DNA of 64,000 nucleotides from the human T2T-CHM13v2.0 reference genome, Homo sapiens, in NCBI RefSeq assembly GCF_009914755.1, contig NC_060935.1. One strand, given 5' to 3'. This document shows positions 15,178 to 28,000 of the stretch, one piece after another. Positions within the stretch are counted from its first letter, which is position 1. Each line of letters starts with the position of its first letter. The position numbers and the translations under genes are program-made. The notes beneath the pieces were generated by a model. That model saw only the letters and a list, made by a program, of their open reading frames with translations, did no database searches and had not been told where the DNA came from.

Positions 15178-16297
15178 ACACCTATTTCTTTATTTTCTCT
15201 TTATTCTTGGATTGTGTGAGGACTGTAACACTTAAGATTTGACAATGAATTTGATATATATATATATATATCAGATATATATGTCTTATGTTTAAGATTA
15301 TGTATAAAGTCATATATATAGTCTTGTATATATATATATATAGTCTTAGACATAAGAATTATTTTAGTAGCTAATAGGCTCTAGTAGCTGTTCCCCTAAT
15401 CCAAATATTATGTCAAGTTTATTTAAAGTAGTAATGGAAACCAAATTACAACAACAAAAATCACATCCAATGCACATTCTGAAAAGGGCACAAAGAGTGG
15501 GATTCTGAACAGACAAAAGCAGGACAAAGGAAAAATGCTGACCTCCTTTACTAGCGCCACAAAACTCCTGCTGAGACAAAAAGCTGCTCCTCATAGTCAA
15601 GTCGGATCTCTACCATATAACACTCCTGGTGCTAAGTTTTCTCATTTTTCTTTTTTCTTCTGTCCTTTGACATAACTAGAACCTGGCACATGGTAGTACT
15701 TACTGAAAAAGTGAATTGCAGACATTTTCTTGTTCTCACTTGGCCTTGCCTTAGTGTGTTTCTCTGCCATTCACTGTTCCAACATACTAACTCATGGCAG
15801 GAGGCTAAAGTTAAGGATATTTTATCAGATTCTGGTTGTTTATGGTCCTCACTCTCTTATCCCTTCCTGGAACTATGAAAATAAATTAATAGACTATTCT
15901 GTTTCTTCCTTGTCCTAAATTTAATGCAAGGATTCTGTGCAATTATATATAATAGAGTTTTCAAGTCTTTCAATTTTTACATACAACTGTAATAATTGTT
16001 CCTTGCTTGGAAAAATCAAAACTTTAAGTTCAGGATGATGGATAGCAACTTCATCAAACTAGAAATCTGTGGAAATTTCCAAATTTTTACCCAGACATTC
16101 TTGCTTATAATTACAACTAGCTGCATCTTATATCCTTCAAAACAGAAAGAATTAGGTTCAGAATATTAAGATATCCATATAGGTCAGAATATTTTTATTT
16201 CTTTGAAGACCTTTAAAGTCCGATATTACAAAACCAACTCTGTCAGTAACTAGATGTTTTCAGGACATAACATGTGATCTTGGACAAGCAATACCCT

Positions 16298-16691
16298 TGA
16301 TATAGTTTGGATATTTGTCCCCACCCAAATCTCATGTTGAATTATAATTCCCAACGTTGGAGGCAGGGCCTGGTGAGAGGTGTTTGGATCATGGGTGTGG
16401 ATCCCACGTGGCTTGGTGCTGGCTTCACAATAGTGAGTTCTCATGAAATCTGGTCATTTAAAAGTGTGTGGCATCTCCCCCTCACACTCTCTTGCTCCTG
16501 CTTTCCCATGTGAGTTGCCAGCTCCACCTTTGACTTCCGTCATGATTGTAAGTTTCCTGAGGCTTCATAAAAAGCCAAGCAGATGCCCAGTGCCTTGCTT
16601 TCTGTACAGCCTGCAGAACCATGAGCCTTTTCTTTATAAATTACCCAGTCTCGAGTATTTATTTATATCAATTCAAGAATAGCCTAATATA
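16298..16691 (+). mobile_element. MaLR solo LTR (MST family, MSTB-like)
   Basis: Starts tgatatagtttggatatttgtcccc...aaatctcatgttgaa and ends ...ctaatata. 5-bp TSD accct/cccct (4/5 match). Confidence 0.85.
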
Positions 16692-16821
16692 CCCCTTAAA
16701 CAGATGATAGTCCATCTTTAACAGCCTTGGTTTTCTTAAGTGTAAAATGAGTGGTTTGAACTGAGTCAGTATTTTCCACGCTTTGTGGTTGTGACCAATT
16801 AGAAGGACAGAGTTGGCTTTT

Positions 16822-17088
16822 TAAAAATAGAATAGAATAGGGAAAATGAAAAAAGGGAAAGAAAAAAGGAAGAAAAGTGAGAAGAAAGAGGAAGGAGTAT
16901 ATGGGTAGAATGAGATTAAAGAAAGAAGAGAGTAGGGTGAATAAAGATGAGAGAGACAAGATAATAAAAAAGAATGAAAAAGAGTGGAAAGATAGTGTAA
17001 AAAGGGGAAAAGAAAAATAAAAGGATCAGATAAGAGTATGAAAAAAGAGGAGGGAAGAGAAAATAAAAAAGGAAGATAAAAAGAAAAT
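16822..17088. repeat. Purine-rich (A/G) low-complexity tract, about 270 bp
   Basis: Nearly all A/G on the + strand; it is the source of the spurious F/L/S-rich minus-strand ORFs. Confidence 0.9.
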
Positions 17089-17913
17089 ATCTCATACAGA
17101 GAACATTACATGTTGTAAGACAAGTCTCATTTAATGAAATTTCTGTTTCTGTTATACACACATGTGTATGTATGTGCTATATGCATGTATTGGGTAGTGA
17201 TGTGAAATGAACTTCTTACTGTGGTTGGTCTGAAAAAAGTTGAAAGTCAGTGATCTAAGTTCTCAAGGTCCCTTTCACCCAAAACAGTTTAAGATCCTAT
17301 AGATTTTTACTATGCCTTTTATAAATGAATTTATTTAAAGGGATAACAAAATTATATTTATAGAAAATAAACATGTGGAAAGGATTGCAACTACTGATAG
17401 AATGTATAATCCTAACTTTTTAGAAGGTTAGGTAGCATTCATCAAACAATGGTCTAAACCAGGCTTTCTCAGCCAATATCTCAGGAAAAACAAAATCTGG
17501 AGGGGAAGAAAACAAACTCTTCCCACACATACTTTCCAAATCAAGTTTGAGGATGAAAAGTATCTCTCCCTTAAAGTGAAAAACAAATCTTGCTAATAAA
17601 TCTTGACTAAAGTCCTAAGTTATAGGTTAAAGCATTCTTCTGGGGCCTTGACGCTACATGATTTTGGCTTCTAAGCCTAACCCAAAAGGAATGGCAATCC
17701 AAGCAAGATAGCAACCTGCACTATCTTCCTCTGTGGTTCCTGTGAACTGCAGTTAATCATGTGGTATGTATTTTGTCTTCTATGAAAAGTTGGGGCATTG
17801 ACAGGTATATTTGTAACTCAACCATGGAACCAGGGCTAGTTCTACTTAAGGCCCTTTATTTCTGAAAGAGACAGGTTGCGAGACAAAGAAGAGCTGAGCC
17901 TCTAGAAATTCTT

Positions 17914-18206
17914 TTTCAGGTGTTTTGTTTTGTTTTGTTTTTGAGGCAAGGTCTCGCTCTGTCACCCAGTTTGGAGAGCTGTGGCATGATTTTGGCTCAC
18001 TGCAGCTTCAAACTCCCAGGCTCAAGTGATCCCACCTCAGCCTACCCAGTAGCACCACCATGCTTGGGTAATTTTAATTCCTTTTTGTAGAGATGAAGGT
18101 CTCACTATGTTGCCCAGGCTGGTCTCAAACTCCTGGGCTCAAGCAATCTTCCTGCCTTCACTTTCCACAGTGTTAGGATTACAGGGGTGAGCCACCATGC
18201 CCAGCC
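17914..18206 (-). mobile_element. AluJ
   Basis: AluJ-type motifs (ctcccagggctcaagtgat, cactatgttgcccaggctgg); TSD tagaaattctt. Confidence 0.9.
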
Positions 18207-18479
18207 TAGAAATTCTTAAATAGACATTAACTATACCTTGCTTAAAAGTGCTGTATGATACCATGTTCAATTTAAAGCAAATAAAATGTATGTAAAGTAG
18301 TGTCTTGCTTGTCTACCATTTCACTTTCCTCCATCAGAATCAGTGGATCTTCAGTATTTAACTGTTCAGTTTATAATAATTATTTTTGTACTTGTTTTCA
18401 AGATGTTCTGCAACTGTTCTCGCATTTTAAAATACATGGACATTTTGTCTCTCTGGCTCCTTTGAAAGTTCATGGAGAG

Positions 18480-18796
18480 GGCCGGGCACAGTGGCTCACG
18501 CCTGTAATCCCAGCAATTTGGGAGGCCGAGGCGGGCGGATCACGAGGTCAGGGGTTGAGACCAGCCTGGCCAACATAGTAAAACCCCGTCTCTACTAAAC
18601 TACAAAAGAAATTAGCCAGGGGTAGTGGTGTGCACCTGTAATCCCAGCTACTTGGGAGGCTAAGGCAGGAGAATCGCTTGAACCTGGGAGGCGAAAGGTG
18701 GTGAGCCGAGATCGCACCACTGCACTCCAGCCTGAGCAACAGAGCGAGACTTGGTATCAAAAAAAAAAAAAAAGAAAGAAAGAAAGAAAAAAGAAA
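18480..18796 (+). mobile_element. AluS
   Basis: Full dimer from ggccgggcacagtggctcacgcc, with an A/GAAA tail. Confidence 0.93.
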
Positions 18797-19553
18797 GTCC
18801 ACAGAGAGACAACAGTATGTCTCATATTTCCTGTATTGATTGACTTCATATAGCTAATTTCAGTCTTCTTACACAGAGCAGATATGCTTTAAGGCTGTGA
18901 AATTAACTGGTTCTTTTTATCTATATTGCTAACTGCAGCTTTTCCTATTGTTGATTACTAAAATAACAAATAGTAAAGCAGTTCTTTAAAAATCTACTTT
19001 TAGAGGAATGATTTTCAGTATATTTTCTCAGGAGTTCCAGCAAGTGTTACTGTTCTACTTGGTATTTGCAAGCCACAAATACTAACTTGAAAGCCATAAA
19101 TACTACCATCGCATTTAAGGGATATACCCTTGATGTTGATAGAGCTAAAATACTTAATCTATGATCAGTCAACAAAGCTCATTAAAATTTTACTAAATTA
19201 AAAATCATTTTACTTAGTATGATTATTGCTCAAATGTCTCTCTTACTAAACTGTGAGTTTCTTAAAGGCAGAGACATTATCTTTTTCACCTTGGTACCTT
19301 TAGCTAAGAACTAAGGGACTTAAATGTTTAAAGAATTGAACTAAATCTACAACTCTCAAGATTTCTTATTTTAACATAATATACATAAGAATTATAGAAG
19401 TTAAAATGCTTAAAAAGATACCAGTCAGTAAACTAAGGCTGTAAAAACTATATCCCTTACTATTCCTTTCTGAAGTTTCCCCAAGGAACTACATAGCATT
19501 ACTGATTTTCAAAAACTATAGTAAAGTTCAGTAATGCTAAATGACGAATCCTA

Positions 19554-19850
19554 GGCCAGGTGCAGTGGCTCACACCTGTAATCCCAGCACTTTGGGAGGC
19601 CAAGGCGGGCAGATCACTTGAGGTCAGGAGTTCAAGACCAGCCTGGCCAACATGGTGAAACCCTGTCTCTACTAAAAGTACAAAAATTAGCCAGGCATGG
19701 TGGCATGTGCCTGTAATCTCAGCTACTCAGGAGGCTGAGACATGAGAATCGCTTGAACCTGGGAGGTGGAGGTTGCAGTGAGCCAAGATGGCGCCACTGC
19801 ACTACAGCCTGGGCAACAGAGCAAGACTCTGTCTCAAAAAAAAAAAAAAA
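19554..19850 (+). mobile_element. AluS (Sx/Sz-like)
   Basis: Full dimer with poly(A); TSD aatccta. Confidence 0.93.
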
Positions 19851-20424
19851 TCCTAAAAGACTAAATACATAGCATTTAAGGAGGTAATATTTGTAAAGGA
19901 CTTATAAAAGTCCCTAGTATATAATAAGTACTCAATATTAGCTATGTATTTGAGCCCTTCTTAGAAATACAAATTATTCACTAATTTAGAGATAGAAATG
20001 AAGGACAATGAAACTGTAGTATAAATGTATACAGTCCAATTTGCTCTTTCTAGGCATTTTAATTAAGATCAGAGTCAACCCAAAAAGGAATTTAAGTGAT
20101 TTTTTTTTAATGAACCAACTATGGACTGTTTATTTCACCCACATTACCAACTTTAATCAAGTAGGAATTTAACAGCTGATTAATCAGCAAACATCTCCGA
20201 ATTGGATAGACTTTACCTCAGTCAAAAGATCAAACCAAATCCTAAGTTTCCAACATTCTGTTTAATTCATAGCACTATTAACTAAATATTTTAGTACAAT
20301 TTGTTTCATATGTGTGCTTCTGCAATATTTGCTTCAATAAGTGATGAACATATAATGGAAGAAAAAAATAACTTTGAATGTTTCCTTCTTTGTCCATTAA
20401 AATGATTTAAGATTTCAACTATTC

Positions 20425-21950
20425 AATTCAACAACATCTCCCATGTGCAAAGTATCAAACTAGGCATGTTGGGAATACAAAAATGAATACGACCTCAGAC
20501 TTCAGGTAGGCTATGATCTTGTAGGAGGGACAAGACATGAATGAACAGCTAAAATACAATGCATGTAGTATGTGCTATTTAAAAGGCCCAAGGGACTGTG
20601 GAAGCTCAGAAGAGAAAGAGATAACCTTGACTGAGTCAGGGGAAAGCAGTGGTGGTGATCAGTGAAGGCTTCATGGAACCAGGCCATAATGAAATTCTAG
20701 GCTTTAAAAAGACAAAGATAAATGTGAGGAAAATGGGTATTCCAAGTAGAAAAAACATTATGACAACTGATTTGGAGATGTGAAAGTATGAGTCGTGTTC
20801 TGAAAATTATACACAGACAAGTTTATTAACTAGTACAAAGTAAAGCTAGAAATAGCTTTACTGAGAGTAGGAACCATGTTATGGAGGGCCATGAACATTA
20901 GGCTAAAAACACTGAACTTTGAAAACTACGCATACATTGACACTCTCAAATGTACATTTTCAGTCCTTATCTGTCCTCTGAATTCCAGTCATGTATGTCC
21001 TACTGCTTACTCAATATCTCCAAACGGATCTCTAATAAGTATTTCAACAAAATAGTTCAACACTAAACTTTTGATATTCTCCCTCCAACTTCCAGACCCT
21101 CACTCACTGCTGATATCTGTTCTTCTTACAGCTTTTCCAGTGAATGGCAGAATCTCAGTGAATGTCAACTCCATTTTTCTAGTTGCTTAGGTCAAAATCC
21201 TTGACTTTCCTCTCTCCTTTTCACTCTAAATCTCGTTGGCTTTGCTCTTACAATATATCTAGAATTGACTTCTCACTATTAACCTGGTCCAAGTTACCAA
21301 CACTTTGCCTAAAATGCCTTCTCATGGTCTCCCTCCTTCTACCCTTCCACCCTTTCGTCTAATTGCAACACAGTAGCCAGAATGAGCCTGTCAAAACCCA
21401 AGTCAGGGCACGCCGTTCTTTCCAATGGTCTCCCATCCCATTTGAAGACTAAAGTCCTTACAACGATGTAAAAGATCATCTGTGTTCTCATTTCCTACTC
21501 TTTTCTCTTTCGTTCACTCACTAAAATTACCCCTACCCTGGCCAGCCATACTGTCCCTGATGCTCCTTAGCTAAAGCTAGCAAGCCCCCATCAGCTAGCA
21601 TGCTCTGCTGTTTCCTCTGCCCTGGAAGGATCTTTCTCCTGATATGCGTATGACTTGCTTCTTCCATTCCTGTGGGTCTTTTCTTAAATACTACCTTCTC
21701 CCTTAAGTACGTACCCACACACCCTATTTAAAATTGCAGTACCTCTTTCCCATTCCCTTTCCTCCTTCCCTGCTTTTTCTCCATAGCAGTTCTTGTAGTG
21801 TGCAGTAATTTTACTTATCTATTTAATGCCTGCCTCCCCACAGTGGAATGTAAACTTAGCAGAGCAGGGATTTTTGTAGATTGCCATATCCTCAAAGACC
21901 AAAGGAGTATCAGAAACATAACAACTGCTTAATGAAAGTTTGTCAAATCA
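20425..21950. mobile_element. Two oppositely oriented L2 fragments (approx. 20425-20920 minus, 20930-21950 plus)
   Basis: attcaattcaacaa...gggaatacaaaaatgaata...tgactgag (reverse L2); tgacactctcaaat...ctactgcttactcaatatctcc...gaatgtaaact (forward L2). Confidence 0.65.
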
Positions 21951-22739
21951 AAATCATAGTCAATAGGACACCATTGGAGATATCTCAACAGAAAAGAAAC
22001 ACAATGAGAAGTTGACTTTAGGAAGAATATTCTGGAATAGACATATAAATTGGAAAGGGACAAACTAAAGTGGGGGAGACAATTTCAGACTGTTTCAGCA
22101 GTTTTGGCATGACATAACATGAATCTAATGTGATAAGAGGTATTTTGAGGTAAATTAGACTAGAATTGGCAATTCTATGATGCATAAAGGAAAAATAGGT
22201 ATCAAATATGATTTGGAGTGATGACGTCATTTATAAGAACAGGAAGTATAAAAATAGAGGCAGGTTTATAAAGAAATGATATTGTTCATTTTGGATAACA
22301 TCTTAAATAATAAAGGGAAAGCAAGCTTAACCTAATTAATTCATGTCATAAATAAGGGTCCTAGAATTTTTTGTGACTCTCATTTCTGAAGTCCCTACTG
22401 TTTCTCATATTCAGATGCACTTCAATTCTGGAACAAATATAGCTTAGACATTAGTTTAAGTGGTTTGGAACATGTTATTTCTACTAAAATATACTTTCTT
22501 ATGGAAACCACTATATTTCTGGGTAGAAAGCAAGGATGCTAAGGAAAAGCACCTGGGAGGAAATGGCTTTTACTTTTTTCTTCTCCAAGTCACATAGTCA
22601 CCATTTCACATTCTAAGTAAAGATACCACCCCATATCCTTCAGAGTTAGGTCATCATGGCTGTACACAAGGCTCAGACACTTTCAGAAGTTATTTATACT
22701 CTAGTAGAAATAGGCATGCAGGTGGAAATTATGGTTTTT

Positions 22740-22960
22740 TTGCTACAACTGCTAATAGCATATGAAAAATCTGATTCATTCACAAAGACCACTTTGATAA
22801 TGAGATGTAACCAAGTTATCGGTCAGCTGTCCATCATTACAAATCAAATCAACAATTTCTTCGCCTTTTCTATCATGCCACACACAGCTACCATGTACAG
22901 CAGAATGTTGTTCCCATGAAATGATACTGTTGCGTGTCTGACTTTGTGCCAAACTTCCAT
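22740..22960. promoter_or_regulatory. Candidate SOX-responsive enhancer
   Basis: ACAAAG-N4-CTTTGA at 22782-22797, CAGCTG at 22824 and AACAAT at 22851. Confidence 0.35.
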
Positions 22961-25900
22961 ATTTGAGGATTTCCTAATTTTTCTATATTAAAAAGTCAAA
23001 ATGTAAGCTTGTAATATTTGGGGAATTTTTAACAAATTTATTGTAAACACTCTAAAATTATGTCATTTATTTTATTTCAGATCCATTTTTATTCTTAAAA
23101 CATAGAAGTTTAGAGTTGGAAGAGCCCTTCATTTATAGATAATGCTTCTTTGTAAATAATTCAAATAACTGGTACATCCTGCTTTAAAACCATACAAAAT
23201 AGATGAATCAGAAGACAATTATTGTTTGCATTTAAGTAGTCCTATCATTATAATATAATATGATATAAAAGTTGCAGCACAAATACATTTAAATGTTTAT
23301 AGATCATTACCTGCTAAAAGAAGTTACTAAGCTTGAAAGGAAAAGTACAGAAATTTAAATATCAGTAGTCAAAAATTAAGATAAATGGCTAATGAGGATT
23401 ATAATACAAGTTGAAAGGGAAAATGATCAAGTTTACAAAGTCTTTTTTAAAAAATATGAGTGATGAAAGTAGAGACATACCTGTAACCTCTTACATATAC
23501 CCCTTTAACAAGATGGATTTTCTTCTAGAAATTGAAACAAACTAAGAGAATCATAGCCAAACACTCACAGAAAATGTTGAAATAAAGATTCCCTCCATAT
23601 TTTAAGCAATTACTGTCTAAAGAAAGGATTCACAGTGTTGCCAAGGATGCTGCTTAGTAAATAGTTTAAATTCCTTCCACTTGAGACAGAAAAGATCCAA
23701 AGTATATTAGTCTTTCCCCTCCCCCTCTAGTGAATTAATATTCCATGATATACACCACCATGAGGTGCTGATGGGGGCACCTCTTTTCAATGAACAGAGA
23801 TCAGCAAATGGCTATTTCACAAAAAATTAAAATACACCCTTGTAATTTTAATGTGTGTTTATGTAAAAAAAAAAAGTGGTAGATTCATGTTAATAAACCT
23901 TGCTTAGGGAAAAAATAAAATAGTTGCTAAGCCATCGTGAGTAATTAGCCTTTTAGCATCCCCTTTCTTCAAGAATGCTTCCTCCTGTGTTGGTTCTTTT
24001 AAATAGCTCCAGTCCTGGCTGTCTTTGTTGGGCTTCGAAATTGTTCACATATGAGAGAAATTAAGCCCTCATTTAACAGAGACACATGCCTGTCAAGACC
24101 AGAGGAACAAAGACTAGTCCCTGGGGCCTGTTCAGCTCCCAGAGGCTGCTACTCATTCTGTTAGCAATGTGTATAAAACCTTTACAGAATGTGTATAAAA
24201 CCCAATAAATCATTTCATCTGCTGTGCTTAATACATGAGAGCTCTAACCACTTTTCAAAGTGTTTTCTCTTTCTTATACAACTTCACAGCTACTTAGTCT
24301 TAAAAAAAAAAAACCTTTCTATCATTCATTTTTTTCAGAATGCAATGACTTTTTTAGTCAAAAACATAATGAGAATGTCCCCAGTCGGCATAAAAGAAGA
24401 AGCTTATCTTTTTAGATTTCTTGCCAGATATCTTTCCCACATTTTATGGTTAATAATTAGAATACTCATTTTGTAAAGTGACGGTACATCTCCCAGCTGC
24501 TTTTAAACCTAGCTTTGGAAGCTAGCCCTGGCAAAACTGAAATGGTTAAGGACCCGAATGGGACGGACTTGCTGTCCTCTTCAAATTCAATACATTTTGT
24601 CCCTTTGGAACACAGGGGCACATGTTCTGTCAAGGTGGAGATTAAAACTACTGCGTAACAGCTCTTTTAACTAGGCAAGGGAAATGGTCTTCTTATAAGC
24701 CCAACTAAAATACCCTTTGTGCATTCTCATTTCCAAAGAAAATATGGTGCTCTTTTGAAAAAAGACCACATTATCATTTATGTACAAATCAATCCTATAC
24801 TGTCCCCTGCTTCATTTCCCACCTATTTCTCCCCCTACGGAAAAACATGAAGGCTATGGGAAAAGATTAAAGACCAGACTTTAAAAGCCCTCCAGTTTAG
24901 ACCTACCCTTATCCAAAGTAGAGTAAGGAAGGTCTGTGGAGAAATGAGTATTTGTCCATAATTATTAAAATAAATACTTCATTTAAAAGTAAAATGCTGT
25001 TTAACCTGATTGTGTTGCATGTAGAGCAAACTTACCAAGGAGTTACTCTAGCAAAGATAATCTTTCCACAGAAACACTGGGAGTTCCAGGGCTAACAGCT
25101 TCAATCCTCAAGATGCTGTGAACCCCCAAAATAATAAGAAGCTGGTAGCACAAGAAACTTCACCCTACTCAGCAGGGGGAGAAAAAGCAGATCTGGATTT
25201 GATAAGTAAAACCAGATCTACCCAATGGTTATATGGTAAAGCCCTGCAATTAATGGGGAACATAAACAGTCCAAGAAGCCAGTATTGTAGTAGTTTCTCC
25301 ACAATTGGTTTCATTCATATCTAGTTAGATATTAATCAGATGCATAACTGGCACAAATGCTCTGTACAAACACAGAACGGTACACGTGTCTGGTTATTAA
25401 AAAATGAAATAGAGTACATCAGATTCTTTTACATTCATATTTTTGTATCCCAAATGATTTATCATTTTTAAATAATATCTTTTTTTAAATTTTAAACCAC
25501 AAATCACATCCTGCAGGCCTTAGCAAAGGCAGATGTCAGGATGTGGTAGTACAACAAAATAAATTAAATAACCCTTGAAAAAATAAAACAAAGTTTATTT
25601 ATAAAAAATGACATTAAGGTGAACTGCCTAATAAGAACATGGATTTGCTTAAATAAAACATTATATGGTTCTGTTTTGGATTCATCCCTAAAGCCCTGAA
25701 AGATATTAGAATTTTAGTGAGTAATTACCCTATTTACTACAAACAAAATGGGAGGAAATCAGAAAACCGTATTAAGCTCTACCACACATCAGAAATGAAA
25801 TTCTCTCATTTTTAAATCCTGCGACCCAATAAATTGTAGTTGGAAAATGTACTGGGACTAGAAATTGAAACTTAACAAGTTAGAAATGAAGAAATGGCCA

Positions 25901-27769
25901 AAAGAATATCCATATCAACATTATCCTTCAAGCAGGAGACCCAGTTCTAGAAAGCATAACTGAGAAGTCTCCCTTCACAGCTTAAGTGTTTTGAGACTGC
26001 CTGAACCCACCCCCGACACTCAACACCACCCCCACAGTTAGACAAAGTTCTAGCCACTTAACACATCTCTTTTCAAATGAAAATGCAACACTTGGGGTGA
26101 AAACAAGAGAGACTAGGAAAAGGTGTTATGTGCTATATATGCCACTGACATAATACTTCAAAAGGATATGCAGTAATTTCCTGCAATTAATACCTTAGCA
26201 AAGCTATAAGGATTTGTTTCCAAAAATTATGATATTTCACTTGCAACACTAAAATTAAGTTTGTGTCACTCTTTCCATTATATAGCCGTAATGTCAGGAG
26301 TTTGTCACTGGCTGCAGAAATGTGTTTGCTGTTCCCTGAAAGCAGGCCTTTACAGGCCCTCTTCTTAAATGTATTTTTCTAAAAATCACCTACAGCCATT
26401 ATTTCATGGGGCAAGCATTACAAGCCATCACAATACTTCACAAAGGAAACCTGAATTTGATCTCATCATTCCAGACCCTTCAATGGTTTGAAATGGAAAC
26501 ATCCTCCTAAGAGGACACGTCTTATGCTATGGCCAAACTTGACGTTTGCCTTTGAGCTTCCTAAGCAAGACTATCTACTGCTCTCCTTTTTTAAAGTAAC
26601 AGAGTCAATTCCTGTCATCTAGAATCAGAGGCCAGAGTTGCAAGGAACTTCAGTGATAATCCTGAACAATAATCCTTCTTCAAATATATGGAAAATGAAA
26701 AGGCAGAAAAGTCATTTGCTGCAGGACAGGTAGTTGCTAGCAGAACAAAGACTAGGCAGGCATAGACATCCTGAGTTCAAGTCTAGGCTACTTTCTGTCA
26801 ACTAATCTAATCATCTTTCTGTCATTGTTCTAATACTATTTCGTCTCCAAGTTGGGGCTGCAGACTTTACATAAGAGTGAGAAGAACAACTTCTGCTGAG
26901 AGTAGATCAGTTATCATCTCCATGCCTTTTTTTTCCTGGGCTTGAAATTGTGGCCTCCCAGAGCCAAAGAGGACGTATAAGTCTATGGAATTTACTGTGT
27001 TCCAGGAAAAGCTGGTTGGGAGGATAAGAGTTAGAAACATGTATAGATATCAGTAAAACAGACTGAAAGCATTGGCAAGATCTATGCCTACATAGAAAAG
27101 TGAAGTTAGGCTCTTGAAGTTGGCATCCACACAACTGCTTTTCTGTTAAAGTTTTCTGATTTAGTTCCAATGTGGATTGTTAGGTCCACTGGTCTTTGAG
27201 AGGGCCCTCTCATGGACTCCATCTTAGAACTGGAGTATATCCTTGGAACTTCTAAGCTCCTGGGGGGTTTCTTTTGGGAGGGAGGTTTCAGACCATTGTT
27301 GATTCCATAGAAGAAGTAACCTAAGCTCTATGTTTAGGACCTTGGCCTCCATATCAATGCAGTATCTTTCCTTCTCAGTAAGACTGACAGTAGAGACCCA
27401 AATTTGTAATACACTCTATATATCAAGTGGTTAAGTATATGATGTTTAGGGCAAATGTCTTTGAGTATTAAAATTATTTGTATTAATTTTCTTGCTTTGG
27501 GTTTTTAGTTTTTTTGTTTTTTTTTTTTAAACTACTAGAAAAGTGTTTGTTTTTTTTTAAAGAAACTACTAGACAAGAAAAACTACTAGTAAATTTTTTA
27601 TTTAGAAACCACTGGAAAAGAAAAATTACTAGAAAAGAAGTTTTAAAACTAAAAAACTAGAGCAAGAAAAGTAGTCAAAATAACTTTACTACTCAAAGAC
27701 ATTTTTTCTGTAGTTTTTTCTTAAATTTCTAACATATATGGCTTTTGTATATTAAAAAAGTTGAAATTT

Positions 27770-27990
27770 TTATATTATTTATTTATTTTATTTCATTATT
27801 GATTTAGAGACAGAGTCTTTCTCCATAGCCCAGGATGGAGTGCAGTGATCATAGCTCAATGCAGCCTAAAACTCCTGTGCTCAAGAGATCCCCCTACCTC
27901 AGCCTCCCAAGTAGCTAGGACTACAGATGCATGCCATCACACCCAGTTAATTTTTAACCTTTCCTTTGTTTCTTTTTTTTTTTTTTTTGT
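27770..27990 (-). mobile_element. Alu right arm only (AluJ truncated at the linker, or FRAM)
   Basis: gagacagagtct...ggagtgcagtgatcatagctca...cctcagcctcccaagtagctaggactacag followed by a T-rich linker; no left monomer follows. Confidence 0.85.
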
Positions 27991-28000
27991 CCATGAGTGG

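Noticed and set aside
16696-17161. Hydrophobic F/L-rich ORFs resembling membrane peptides
   Set aside because: Produced by the low-complexity purine tract.
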